A stretch of DNA of 64,000 bases. Origin: a virus. Shown here one piece after another: positions 15,276-24,608 of this stretch (positions are counted from its first letter, which is position 1; each line of letters starts with the position of its first letter). The notes under the pieces were generated by a model. That model had not been told where the DNA came from. It worked only from the letters and a program-made list of their open reading frames with translations, and did no database searches. Location of the stretch: IMG/VR virus record IMGVR_UViG_3300045450_000145, positions 1 to 64,000 of that record, one strand, 5' to 3'. A program made the translations under genes and the position numbers.

Positions 15276-15728
15276 ATGACTAATTTTACTCTTATCCCCG
15301 CCGGATATCGGCTCAGTGTCACTTCTTGGGAGAATGACGCTGACAACTATCAAACTGAAGTGCTAGAAGGCCTAACTAGGGAAGCGGTAATTGCATATAC
15401 TGAACTTCTAAAACTAATTAAGAAGACGGATGGCGGTGGTTTAAGTAATAACTCTTATATGAGTACAGAAAAATTTGAGTTCATTGAAACATTCAGGCCC
15501 TTAATGCGTGAGCATACTGAGCTAGCATTGTTTATCCTTGAACAAGTAGAGGAAGATGTTGATGATGAGGAATTTGCAGATAAGCTAATTAGCTTTATCA
15601 ATGATAAATTGCTAGGTTATAGCGAAAGTTATATTATGCGCGTGTTTGAAAGCTTCAAAGTAGAATATATTCCACATGATATTCAGTTAGAAGATGTAAC
15701 TAAGGAGTTTCAAGATGTTGCTCGCTGA
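15276..15728 (+). CDS. hypothetical protein
   Basis: 150 aa ORF. Confidence 0.7.
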   Translation: MTNFTLIPAGYRLSVTSWENDADNYQTEVLEGLTREAVIAYTELLKLIKKTDGGGLSNNSYMSTEKFEFIETFRPLMREHTELALFILEQVEEDVDDEEFADKLISFINDKLLGYSESYIMRVFESFKVEYIPHDIQLEDVTKEFQDVAR

Positions 15729-15954
15729 TGAATTCAAAGAAGTAGTTTTAAAACACCTGCAGACAAAGTATTTTAAAGAGCGAGAAAAACTTGCCGAGCT
15801 AGATGGGTTTATGGCTAAAAATAGTGCATATTCATACGGCGATGAAGATAAAATTATAAAGTATCATAGTGCAATTGAGGCGACTCGCCAGAAGATGGAC
15901 ATGCTGTATAAATTATTTGGTGAAATCAACGCGATGAAAGTAATAGTAGAATGA
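15715..15954 (+). CDS. hypothetical protein
   Basis: 79 aa ORF. Confidence 0.6.
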   Translation: MLLADEFKEVVLKHLQTKYFKEREKLAELDGFMAKNSAYSYGDEDKIIKYHSAIEATRQKMDMLYKLFGEINAMKVIVE

Positions 15955-16484
15955 ATCACGATGAGCTTGCCAAGTTAGGTCGGAGTAAGGACCCCGAGGA
16001 TCGTAAGAAGTTCAAGGATGCATTGCCCTACATGCACGATTACGATAACATTGACTTTAAAAAACACCCTGAAAAATACAAAATCAATCGAGGTGAGCAG
16101 GGCGTTTTAATGGCAGAGCCATATAAGTCAGATATTGTTAAACACTGGAGATTTAAAACTCCAGAAATTGCGACTGAAAGTGCCAAGAAAATCTACAAGA
16201 TGTTTCTAGAATATCTGGAAAAGGAAGACTTTGTTGGCGCAGATATGGCGCGAAAGTTCTTAATGATGGGCTGGACTCGAGCACGTAGATATGCAAATCA
16301 CCCATCAGGCCGGAAGTATAAGAAGGGCACCAGAGAAATTTTGCCATTTGCGGACGATCACCAAACGTCAGACAAAGCTGAGTCGGCAAAAATCTTCAAG
16401 GAAGTTTATGATAAAGCCAGGCAAAATGCTACCTACCTTAAGTTGAAGGAAGCGCACAAGGCTATGTTAAAATTACAAAAGTGA
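15951..16484 (+). CDS. DUF4385-family protein
   Basis: YKINRGEQGVLMAEPYKS..HWRFKT..GADMARKFLMMGWTRARRYANH. Confidence 0.8.
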   Translation: MNHDELAKLGRSKDPEDRKKFKDALPYMHDYDNIDFKKHPEKYKINRGEQGVLMAEPYKSDIVKHWRFKTPEIATESAKKIYKMFLEYLEKEDFVGADMARKFLMMGWTRARRYANHPSGRKYKKGTREILPFADDHQTSDKAESAKIFKEVYDKARQNATYLKLKEAHKAMLKLQK

Positions 16485-16731
16485 TGTTATAATTATTCTT
16501 CAAATATATGTTTGCCAAAATCTTCTTAAAGCTGTTTAGGGTGTGCGATCACAAGTGGAAAATACACCGTGAGATTTTAGTATTTGCTAAAGCCGGTGAT
16601 AAACTGCCCGTAAGTCGAGACTACGTAATGCAGTGTGAGAAATGCGGCAAGTTAAAGAAGGAAAGTATCTAATGCGCAGAAATGACCGTCGGCCTGATCC
16701 TATTCGAGTCGTAATGATGACCAAGAAGCGT

Positions 16732-17253
16732 ATGAAAATTGCGCAGAGATTCATCACAATCAATGGCCAAGTTTGCATGTGCAGCTTTGAGGACGACATT
16801 AATTTTGCGTATCATATTGAGTATGTAATTGGGAGTAGCTACAAAGGCAAACACCTTGAAGTTGTCAACACCTTTACCGACTTAAATTATGGCTCCGCGC
16901 CGGAGCTGGGCGATATGAAAAGATTTGGGTCTGGTCATGACGGTGCATTGGAGGAAGTTAAACGACTAGATGAATTGTTTGACATTAAGCCAGGTGATTC
17001 GCTGCATCACAGCATCCAATATAGAGTGTTCGAGACGCCAGTGTATTCAGTTGGCCGCGACTACTATGAATTTGAGCAACATGAATTTTTCATCGATAAT
17101 CACGATGGCATTGCTGAGAGGTATGAAGAGTTGATTAAAAACGGTAAGGGTGATGACGCATATGACATCGCCTTCGAGCGACAGATCATCAAGAATCATA
17201 ATAACTTCAATACCTTTGAAGAGTGTATGAATTTTGTAAAGACCAAGCTATGA
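16732..17253 (+). CDS. hypothetical protein
   Basis: ORF from MKIAQ (track start at 16642 is probably too early). Confidence 0.65.
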   Translation: MKIAQRFITINGQVCMCSFEDDINFAYHIEYVIGSSYKGKHLEVVNTFTDLNYGSAPELGDMKRFGSGHDGALEEVKRLDELFDIKPGDSLHHSIQYRVFETPVYSVGRDYYEFEQHEFFIDNHDGIAERYEELIKNGKGDDAYDIAFERQIIKNHNNFNTFEECMNFVKTKL

Positions 17254-17465
17254 GAAACTTTGATGGCGCGCCAGGTATTGAAGATGTGGCTGGGTTTCTA
17301 CCAGTGTTTGTCATTTTGCCTCATGAACAAGCAGATGACAGCTTGGAAGAATACCTATGTGAGGTTGGTTTCACGGTGACTGGATTTTGTCCTGAAGAAT
17401 ATCCAGTTGCAGTAAATGTTGATTACGACTTTAATAAGATGGTTGCGACCATTAAAAGTAATTAA
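17250..17465 (+). CDS. hypothetical protein
   Basis: 71 aa from MRNFDG. Confidence 0.55.
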   Translation: MRNFDGAPGIEDVAGFLPVFVILPHEQADDSLEEYLCEVGFTVTGFCPEEYPVAVNVDYDFNKMVATIKSN

Positions 17466-17498
17466 ATAACTTACGTGTAACACATAAGGATTAATACC

Positions 17499-17750
17499 AT
17501 GGCAGCGACAAAATGTGAAATTGGTAATTGGTTTGATTACGGTGTCCAGCAAGGTGCAACCCACATGATCGTGGCATCTGATCTTTTTGATTACGAGGAC
17601 TTCCCAGTCTTTGTGAAACCGTCACAAGATGTAAATGAGACATATAAGCAATACACAAATGGCGAAAAAATGCTTACCGTGATGGAAGTTTACAATCTAT
17701 CTCAAGATAAAGCATTACAGATGGATCAGCGACGAGCCTTCAACTTCTAG
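17499..17750 (+). CDS. conserved small phage protein
   Basis: 83 aa, SD aagga; WF..G..GATHMIV..D.FDYEDFPV. Confidence 0.7.
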   Translation: MAATKCEIGNWFDYGVQQGATHMIVASDLFDYEDFPVFVKPSQDVNETYKQYTNGEKMLTVMEVYNLSQDKALQMDQRRAFNF

Positions 17751-17779
17751 TGTACTAATTCTATCACATGAGTTATAAT
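17750..17779 (+). promoter_or_regulatory. early promoter KTGTAC-N18-TATAAT
   Basis: gtgtac 17750-17755, tataat 17774-17779. Confidence 0.75.
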
Positions 17780-17804
17780 TCTCTTACTTAAGGAGAATTA
17801 TCAT

Positions 17805-18320
17805 ATGCTGGGAAAAGGTTTGAAGCGAGTATATTTGGCCGGGCCTGACGTCTTCTTTCAAGATGGATATGAACTGCTGCGCCAAAAGTCAATGCAGGTA
17901 AATAACTACCTGGCAAAGGCCATCACGCCATTTGACTTAAACGAAGATGAACTTATCTTTGACTGTTTGCCTCGAAAGAAACAGGCGGAAGTAATTGCTA
18001 AAAATAACTACAACCTAATTAGGTCATGTGATGTAGTACTTGCAAATTTAATGCCATTCCGTGGCACTGAGCCAGATGCTGGTACAGTAGCCGAAGTAGG
18101 TTTTGCATTTGCCCTCGGCAAGAAAATTATCGCCTATAATGTGCCTAAGAAAAGCTATATCCGCCAAGTACAGGAGCGAATCGGTGCCCCATTTGGGCTT
18201 GACGATGATGGTCACAATGTTGAGGACTTTGATGGGCGCATTAACCTCATGCTAACTCACGCATGTGAAATCTGCGATGACTTTGACTCGGCACTCGATA
18301 CCCTGAGTAATCTACCATGA
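17805..18320 (+). CDS. nucleoside 2-deoxyribosyltransferase family protein
   Basis: VYLAGPDVF..N..LI..CDVVLANL.PFRG.EPD.GT..EVGFAFALGK. Confidence 0.88.
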   Translation: MLGKGLKRVYLAGPDVFFQDGYELLRQKSMQVNNYLAKAITPFDLNEDELIFDCLPRKKQAEVIAKNNYNLIRSCDVVLANLMPFRGTEPDAGTVAEVGFAFALGKKIIAYNVPKKSYIRQVQERIGAPFGLDDDGHNVEDFDGRINLMLTHACEICDDFDSALDTLSNLP

Positions 18321-18514
18321 TTATTTTTATCTGCTACCTGGTTATTTGTCTGCTTATCTTTTTAGGATTAGCAGCAAAAGAGTATAATGAATACTCTAAG
18401 ACAAAGCAAGGGTTTGATGAACAGTTCTGGGTAGCAGTATTATGCCTTGCATGTCCTGTAGCCAACATTATGTTTCTAGTTCTTTTAATTGTCGAGTATT
18501 GCAGATATATCTAA
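18317..18514 (+). CDS. small two-TM membrane protein
   Basis: Two hydrophobic segments. Confidence 0.55.
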   Translation: MIIFICYLVICLLIFLGLAAKEYNEYSKTKQGFDEQFWVAVLCLACPVANIMFLVLLIVEYCRYI

Positions 18515-18571
18515 AACAGGTTACACCTTTAAATCTGTAAGATATAATCAAACTCTTATAAATATACATTC

Positions 18572-18645
18572 GCTCCTGTAGTACATTGGTAATATACGTC
18601 TTTGGTATGGACGGGAAGTAAGTTCGATTCTTACCTGGAGCACCA
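18572..18645 (+). tRNA. tRNA-Thr(GGT)
   Basis: gctcctg/ctggagc; cgtct-ttggtat-ggacg; CCA; TATAAATA at 18557-18564. Confidence 0.85.
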
Positions 18646-18652
18646 TTCACAT

Positions 18653-18940
18653 ATGAAATATCTTTTGTTCGCGGCTCTGTTAATTTCAGGCTGCGCATCT
18701 CAACTTCCAGTGAAGACTGCAAGTCTTACTGATATTGACAAAGTAAATGAAATCTTAGAGGGCGGGTCTGAAGACCTTCCTGTTACTTGGGTAGGCGATT
18801 ATGGCAAAACCACCGTTACTCCAGTCAGAACCTTTAAGATTGATAATGAGGACTGTCGAGATTACGAAATGACAATCCAACGGAATACTAGAAAATATAC
18901 CGCCTGCCGTGATGATAATGGTAAGTGGCATAATAAATAA
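18653..18940 (+). CDS. lipoprotein, 17 kDa surface-antigen-like
   Basis: Lipobox LISGC; C-terminal DCRDYE..TACRDDNGKW. Confidence 0.7.
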   Translation: MKYLLFAALLISGCASQLPVKTASLTDIDKVNEILEGGSEDLPVTWVGDYGKTTVTPVRTFKIDNEDCRDYEMTIQRNTRKYTACRDDNGKWHNK

Positions 18941-19024
18941 CTTGACTCTAAAGTCATAATAAAAGACCCGTAAGGGCAACTCTTCTAATTAGAAGTTGTG
19001 TACACTTAAAATTCTTGAAGGAGA

Positions 19025-19426
19025 ATGGCTATGATGAAAATGAAACTCGCGGCTGTTGTTGCAGCCGCTCTTATGGCGACTGGCTGTGCAACTCACCAAC
19101 AAACTGGCATGCTAGTTGGTGCTGTTGTAGGTGGAGGCCTAGGTTCTGCAATTGGTGCTGGTACAGGCGCTATTGTTGCAGGTGTAGTGGGTGTTGGCGT
19201 TGGTGCTGCTATTGGTGGCTCCGTTGGCAAAAGCATGGACCGTCAAGACGAAGCACGTGTTGTTCGCTCCGTTGAAACCCAGAAGACCGAAACTTGGACC
19301 TCCAAGTCAGGTGCTCAAATGACATCAACTCCAAGCGGTGAACGCGTTGTTGTTGAAAGCCGTAAGGAAGGTCGCGTAGAGCGCGCCTCCGTAATTCGCC
19401 GCGATGGCAAGTGGATCAAGGAATAA
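19025..19426 (+). CDS. glycine-zipper lipoprotein
   Basis: Lipobox MATGC; GAVVGGGLGSAIGAG..GAAIGGSVG. Confidence 0.85.
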   Translation: MAMMKMKLAAVVAAALMATGCATHQQTGMLVGAVVGGGLGSAIGAGTGAIVAGVVGVGVGAAIGGSVGKSMDRQDEARVVRSVETQKTETWTSKSGAQMTSTPSGERVVVESRKEGRVERASVIRRDGKWIKE

Positions 19427-19456
19427 AGGGCTTTGCCCTTTCTAAAGGAGACAACG

Positions 19457-19726
19457 ATGATTGCAAAAAAGATGACAGGTATTCTATTAGTCACCGCAGC
19501 AGCTTTTTCACTAGCTGCTTGTGATGATAGCCGCGAAGTTAAGTCTGGCACAAAGACTGTTACCGAAACAGAAACAACTCGTAAGGTTGAAGCACCACGT
19601 GCAGACACCCCAACAGTAGTTGCACCGGCACCAATGACACCAAGCGACACAACTGGCACTGCAGTTACACCTGCTCCAACTACAGGTACAACTGAATCCA
19701 AGACAACAACTACAGAAAGCAAGTAA
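19457..19726 (+). CDS. Thr/Pro-rich lipoprotein
   Basis: Lipobox LAAC; low-complexity T/P tail. Confidence 0.7.
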   Translation: MIAKKMTGILLVTAAAFSLAACDDSREVKSGTKTVTETETTRKVEAPRADTPTVVAPAPMTPSDTTGTAVTPAPTTGTTESKTTTTESK

Positions 19727-19742
19727 ATAAACTTGTCTACTC

Positions 19743-19770
19743 AAAAAGGGGACCTAGGTCCCCTTTCTTT
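19743..19770. terminator. palindromic intrinsic terminator
   Basis: aggggacctaggtcccct flanked by A and T tracts. Confidence 0.8.
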
Positions 19771-19786
19771 TGCTTGAAAGAATCTT

Positions 19787-20146
19787 ATGTCACTATTCAC
19801 AGAGCTCGTTAATAACCCACCAAAAACCCAAACAGGGGCAGTTACTGCCCAGTCTGAAGTTGTAATGGAAGCAATTTTTGATTTGTTTGAGGCACAAGAT
19901 GCCGCGCAAGGCAAGTTAAATTTAAAGAAGGTCCACACAGTAGTTCTATCGCCGGAAGATGGACTTGGCTTGAAAGATAAGGTGTTTGGTATTCGTAATG
20001 AGGACCCGATCGTCGCCTTCATGCTGGATATTATGGGTGTTCCTCGCGATAATACACCCATCCGCATTCGTTCAGGTTTTATGAAGTACGACACGAAGAG
20101 CAAGATTTTGTTTATTGCTAAATTTAAGTCTGACCTTCCACAATGA
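19787..20146 (+). CDS. hypothetical protein
   Basis: 119 aa ORF. Confidence 0.65.
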   Translation: MSLFTELVNNPPKTQTGAVTAQSEVVMEAIFDLFEAQDAAQGKLNLKKVHTVVLSPEDGLGLKDKVFGIRNEDPIVAFMLDIMGVPRDNTPIRIRSGFMKYDTKSKILFIAKFKSDLPQ

Positions 20147-20297
20147 TTGAAATTTGGTCTTGCAATCCTAAGGACATTCCAGAATGGACCTATGAAAAGG
20201 AACTGGAATTACAAACGGCGCTAGTTAATATTTTCAACTTAGACCCAGCTACTTTAGAAGATGCTAAGTTAAAACTGAAAGAAAAGTATAACTTACA

Positions 20298-21464
20298 ATG
20301 ATGAATACTACGATGACAGAAAAGCCATTCAAATCGTTCTTGATGGGAGGCTTTGAAGGAGCTGATCACATCAATGCCCGCCAAATGCAGTTAGATATGG
20401 TTGAAGGAAGTGGCCACTTATATCACTTCAAAGATGACTACAAACAACTTAAGTTACATAATATTAACACGGTAAGGGAAAGCGTTGGCTGGCGCATCTC
20501 CCAACCAACTAAGAAAGATAAGCTAGATTTAAGCCGAATGATAAGCTTTGCAAAAGAAGCAAAGAGTCAAAATGTGCAAGTGGTGTGGACATTTATGCAC
20601 TACGGTACACCTACCGGAATTTCTATTTTAGATGACTCATTCATTGAGTACTTTGTCGAATATGCCAAACAGGTAGCTGCGGCGTTAGAGCCACATACTA
20701 TAGGCGCACCTGTCTTTAACCTAATTAATGAAATTAGCTTTTTGGCCTGGGCTTCATCTCAAACAGACTACATGTGGCCGTATAGGGGAAATAACGATGG
20801 GGCAAACACTGAAGCTGCACATGAGGGATTTAGAACAAAGTGCCGCCTAGTAAAGGCAGTGATTGAAAGTATTAAGGCTATTAAGAAGATTATCCCACAC
20901 GCAAGATTCATTCACATTGAACCCATATTACACATAGTAGCCCCAGTAGATAGACCTGATTTACAGCACATGGCAGACGAAATTAGAAATTATCAGTGGC
21001 AGACGTGGGAGCTAATTAAAGGCAATATGCACCCTGAGCTTGGTGGTAAGCCTGAATATCTAGACCTGATGGGTGTAAATTATTATTATAATGGTCAGTT
21101 GGAAATAATATCAGATAAGCACCTTGAATGGGAGAAACCCGACGCTCGTCGCTTGCCATTCAGCTGCTTACTTATTGAGGCATATCAGCGCTACACCCGC
21201 CCGCTAATTATATCAGAAACTGGCCACGTTGGCACCGGCCGTGAGCAGTGGCTTAGAGAGATTTTACACGAAACAGACACCGCTCTTTCACAAGGAGTCG
21301 ACTTACAGGGGTTATGTATCTACCCTATTCTGGATCGGCCATGTTGGCATGAGCCAGAAAAAATGATCAGGTGCGGTTTGTTAGAAATAACAGACACTGG
21401 TAGAACCCAAAATGCAGGCTACCTAAATGCACTTAAGGATTGGAAAAATTTAACTAAAGGATGA
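20298..21464 (+). CDS. GH1-like (clan A) glycoside hydrolase
   Basis: FLMGGFEGADH, NEIS acid/base, GVNYY, ISETG nucleophile, LCIYPILD. Confidence 0.8.
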   Translation: MMNTTMTEKPFKSFLMGGFEGADHINARQMQLDMVEGSGHLYHFKDDYKQLKLHNINTVRESVGWRISQPTKKDKLDLSRMISFAKEAKSQNVQVVWTFMHYGTPTGISILDDSFIEYFVEYAKQVAAALEPHTIGAPVFNLINEISFLAWASSQTDYMWPYRGNNDGANTEAAHEGFRTKCRLVKAVIESIKAIKKIIPHARFIHIEPILHIVAPVDRPDLQHMADEIRNYQWQTWELIKGNMHPELGGKPEYLDLMGVNYYYNGQLEIISDKHLEWEKPDARRLPFSCLLIEAYQRYTRPLIISETGHVGTGREQWLREILHETDTALSQGVDLQGLCIYPILDRPCWHEPEKMIRCGLLEITDTGRTQNAGYLNALKDWKNLTKG

Positions 21465-22630
21465 TGATAATGCAGATGAATGCAAATTTAGTAGTGTTTT
21501 CCCACCTCCGTTGGGATTTCGTTTACCAACGCCCGCAACACCTACTATCTAGACTAGCTCAACAGGGGATGAACATTATCTTTATTGAGGAGCCATTTAA
21601 AACTACAGCTGAACCATATTTGGAAGAGATGCATTATAATGTCGAGGGAAGTAGCGGCATTAAAGTGATTCGACCGCACACCAACTTGGATGAATTTGGC
21701 TTTAGTAATAATCAGATGTCCGTTATGGAGCCAATGATTGAATCTTTGCTTAAGAACACTGACTTACAAGGACCAGTAGGTGTGTGGTTTTACACACCTC
21801 AGGCGTTGCCACTAATTAAAACTTATCTCTACGACATCGTCATCTTTGACGTGATGGATGAGCTTAGCTTGTTTGCAAATGCGCCTGCTGAATTGCTAGA
21901 AAGAGAAGCACAGCTATTGAAGATCGCTGATTTAGTATTTACTGGCGGGCCTTCGCTGTGGAACTCAAAGATTAAAGTCAGACCAGATGCATTCTGTATT
22001 CCATCCTCAGTTGACGCAAAGCATTACAGCCCAAATAACCTAGATAAGTTAAAGGTTGCTGCTGTGGAAGAAAGGTATCAAAAGAATATTCCAAAGGGTA
22101 ACAGAATCGGCTTCTTTGGTGTAATTGATGAGCGACTAGATTTAGAACTGCTAGCAGAAGTTGCAGATGCTGATCCACACTGGCACCTAATTATGGCAGG
22201 CCCAGTTGTTAAGATTGACCCAGCAACATTGCCTCAGCGAAAAAATATTCACTACCTTGGTAAGCAGGAATATGCGGACTTGCCAGCGTTAGTCTCAACA
22301 TGGGACGTATGCATTATGCCATTTGCGCTAAATGATGCGACAAAATTTATCAGCCCAACTAAAACCCTTGAATACCTAGCCGCATTCAGGCCAGTTGTTT
22401 CTACCAACATCTACGATGTTAAATTCCTATACAGTGAAGCAGTTGAGATTGGTATGAATCACCAGGAATTTATTAAACATATCAGGACTATTCTTAAAGA
22501 GGACATTGGCGAAATGGCCGTGCGTGTTGCAAATGCAAGGCAGACAGTTGAGAAGACCTCATGGGATCAAGCAGCTGAATTTGTAAAAAACGAAATCGTC
22601 GGTGTACTTAAGTTAAATTTAGTTGTATAA
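21461..22630 (+). CDS. GT-B glycosyltransferase (family often linked to glf)
   Basis: FSHLRWDFVYQRPQHL, DVMDELS, GFFGVIDER, SPTKTLEYLA. Confidence 0.85.
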   Translation: MMIMQMNANLVVFSHLRWDFVYQRPQHLLSRLAQQGMNIIFIEEPFKTTAEPYLEEMHYNVEGSSGIKVIRPHTNLDEFGFSNNQMSVMEPMIESLLKNTDLQGPVGVWFYTPQALPLIKTYLYDIVIFDVMDELSLFANAPAELLEREAQLLKIADLVFTGGPSLWNSKIKVRPDAFCIPSSVDAKHYSPNNLDKLKVAAVEERYQKNIPKGNRIGFFGVIDERLDLELLAEVADADPHWHLIMAGPVVKIDPATLPQRKNIHYLGKQEYADLPALVSTWDVCIMPFALNDATKFISPTKTLEYLAAFRPVVSTNIYDVKFLYSEAVEIGMNHQEFIKHIRTILKEDIGEMAVRVANARQTVEKTSWDQAAEFVKNEIVGVLKLNLVV

Positions 22631-22658
22631 TTAATTTTTAAATAAAAAGGAATACTAT

Positions 22659-22892
22659 ATGCTGAATGCCCAAACCGCTCTCTTCCGTCGACTTTCAGAT
22701 GTGGAACGTATTCAGCTTCGCGCTGTCACGAGCCGTGATGGTCTGATTAGCAAGTACTATGACTATCAAGCAGAGCTCCCTGGTGGGGTTATGAAGGGCG
22801 GCTCAGTTGAGGAAGGCATCCAAGCCATGCAGGAAGTTCATGATATGGTGATGGAAGAATTTAAAGCTAAAAGCAACACCAACTGCTTCTAA
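22659..22892 (+). CDS. hypothetical protein
   Basis: 77 aa, SD aagga. Confidence 0.6.
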   Translation: MLNAQTALFRRLSDVERIQLRAVTSRDGLISKYYDYQAELPGGVMKGGSVEEGIQAMQEVHDMVMEEFKAKSNTNCF

Positions 22893-22913
22893 TATCATTA
22901 GATAGCAAATAAG

Positions 22914-22942
22914 AAAAAGGGAAGTTTTAACTTCCCTTTTTT
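22914..22942. terminator. intrinsic terminator
   Basis: aaaaagggaag-tttta-acttcccttttt hairpin with T tract. Confidence 0.75.
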
Positions 22943-22989
22943 CTGCCTGCTCCAAGCATAAATATATGTAATTAACTTGGAGCTAAAAA

Positions 22990-23856
22990 ATGAAACAACT
23001 ATTTTTAGCATGCATTCTTTTATTGGGGTTAAACGCCGCATTTTCCAAACCTTTATATACGATCTTTACTGGCATAAAGAAAGGTACGTATTATGAAGTG
23101 GCCGAGGATATACAGAAATCATGCCCGCAATTTGAAATCAATATTGAGTCTACGATAGGCTCGCTGCAGAATATTAACTCGCTAATTACAGCACCGGTAA
23201 TTAAGAATGGTTATAGGTTTGCTTTAGTGCAGGAAGATGCACTCAACGCCGTAATTGGCTCAGAGGAAAGAGCAAAGGAAGTTTATAAAATCGTCTCATA
23301 CTTGTATAAGGAAGAGATCGTTATTATTACCTCCAGAAAATCAAATATTAAATCAGTGAGTGATTTATCTGGTAAGAAAGTCGCGGGTGGCTTACCTGGG
23401 TCTGGAATTTGGTTTACCAGTAATAAGCTCAGAACTTCTTTAAACTTGAAGTGGATCAACATTGATAAATCACCGGAAGAATCCATTCTATCAGTTTTAA
23501 CTGGTGAAGTTGATGCTATGATTATGGTTGGCGGCTCGCCCGTAAGATTATTTGAGGAGCTGGGTAAACCCTTATCCCAATATATAGTAGCGATTCCACT
23601 TATTAACCCAATATTAAATACAATGTATGAGCCTGCTCAAATTAATAAGGGCACGTACCCATGGCAAGATTACCCAATTGAAACTAAAGCAGTAAAATCG
23701 ATAATGATAGCTGGCGCCGACGTGCCAGATAATGCTATTAAGGAGCTTAAAGAATGTCTGACACAGAACCAAACGGCGATACAGAAGTTCGGCCACCAGA
23801 AGTGGAAGGAGATTCTGCCCCTGAAAGCAGACCAGAAAGCAAGTCAGGAAAAATAA
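22990..23856 (+). CDS. TAXI-family TRAP solute-binding protein
   Basis: Signal peptide; TG..GTYY, GS..N, VQED, LY.E, GSG..W motifs. Confidence 0.75.
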   Translation: MKQLFLACILLLGLNAAFSKPLYTIFTGIKKGTYYEVAEDIQKSCPQFEINIESTIGSLQNINSLITAPVIKNGYRFALVQEDALNAVIGSEERAKEVYKIVSYLYKEEIVIITSRKSNIKSVSDLSGKKVAGGLPGSGIWFTSNKLRTSLNLKWINIDKSPEESILSVLTGEVDAMIMVGGSPVRLFEELGKPLSQYIVAIPLINPILNTMYEPAQINKGTYPWQDYPIETKAVKSIMIAGADVPDNAIKELKECLTQNQTAIQKFGHQKWKEILPLKADQKASQEK

Positions 23857-24536
23857 CATTTACCTTAGACAAGGAAAAGTTTTTAACATTCATTGAGAAC
23901 TTAATTGACATACTAACTTTAAAGAGAGTTGGGTTAATTGCTATATTGTCTATTGTAGGGTTATTATTGTTCTCTTTATATGAAAATAGGGTTGGCATTG
24001 TAGAGCGCATTACGCAACCTGTGGCGGTTGAAGAAGAAACAGTTAACGCGAACTGGGCATTATCAGAAAATAGTAAAACTAGTCTAATTAGATTGGCACA
24101 GTCAACCGCTGTTTCATTTGTAGTTATTACTGATGCAGACTTAAAGAAAAATAGAAAGCTAGTAAAGTTTTGGAATATTGATGATCCAACAATTAAGCTG
24201 ACACAAGCACAAGAGCAAGCATTAACTATTCCACAGGCAGTCTTTGATTATGATGCTAAGAATACCGCACAGATGGTTTCTATCTTAAGCAATGAGTTTA
24301 GGTGCGATCTTTTTAAGGACACTGTTTACAATAGAATTGCACCAGACTTAGCAGACAAATTACCGACAATTTGCAGAATTGCGATTCCACCGTTCGTCGG
24401 TCAATTTGCCGGCTTTATGACCTTGGGCATTGATAGACAAATGTCAAAGCAGGAGCTAGACTCAATTAGACTAGAGGCTTCTAGAATTGCGGTTGAAATC
24501 TACCTGACTGACGTGATAAAGAAGCCTGCTAGATAA
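23754..24536 (+). CDS. single-TM protein with periplasmic domain, holin-T-like
   Basis: SD aaggag; TM; ICRIAIPPFVGQFAGF. Confidence 0.45.
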   Translation: MSDTEPNGDTEVRPPEVEGDSAPESRPESKSGKITFTLDKEKFLTFIENLIDILTLKRVGLIAILSIVGLLLFSLYENRVGIVERITQPVAVEEETVNANWALSENSKTSLIRLAQSTAVSFVVITDADLKKNRKLVKFWNIDDPTIKLTQAQEQALTIPQAVFDYDAKNTAQMVSILSNEFRCDLFKDTVYNRIAPDLADKLPTICRIAIPPFVGQFAGFMTLGIDRQMSKQELDSIRLEASRIAVEIYLTDVIKKPAR

Positions 24537-24608
24537 GAATAAATACCCGCCCATTTTAATTACCCGAATAACAAGTGCCCTAAATAGCTTGTATGAATTA
24601 TTCGGGAT

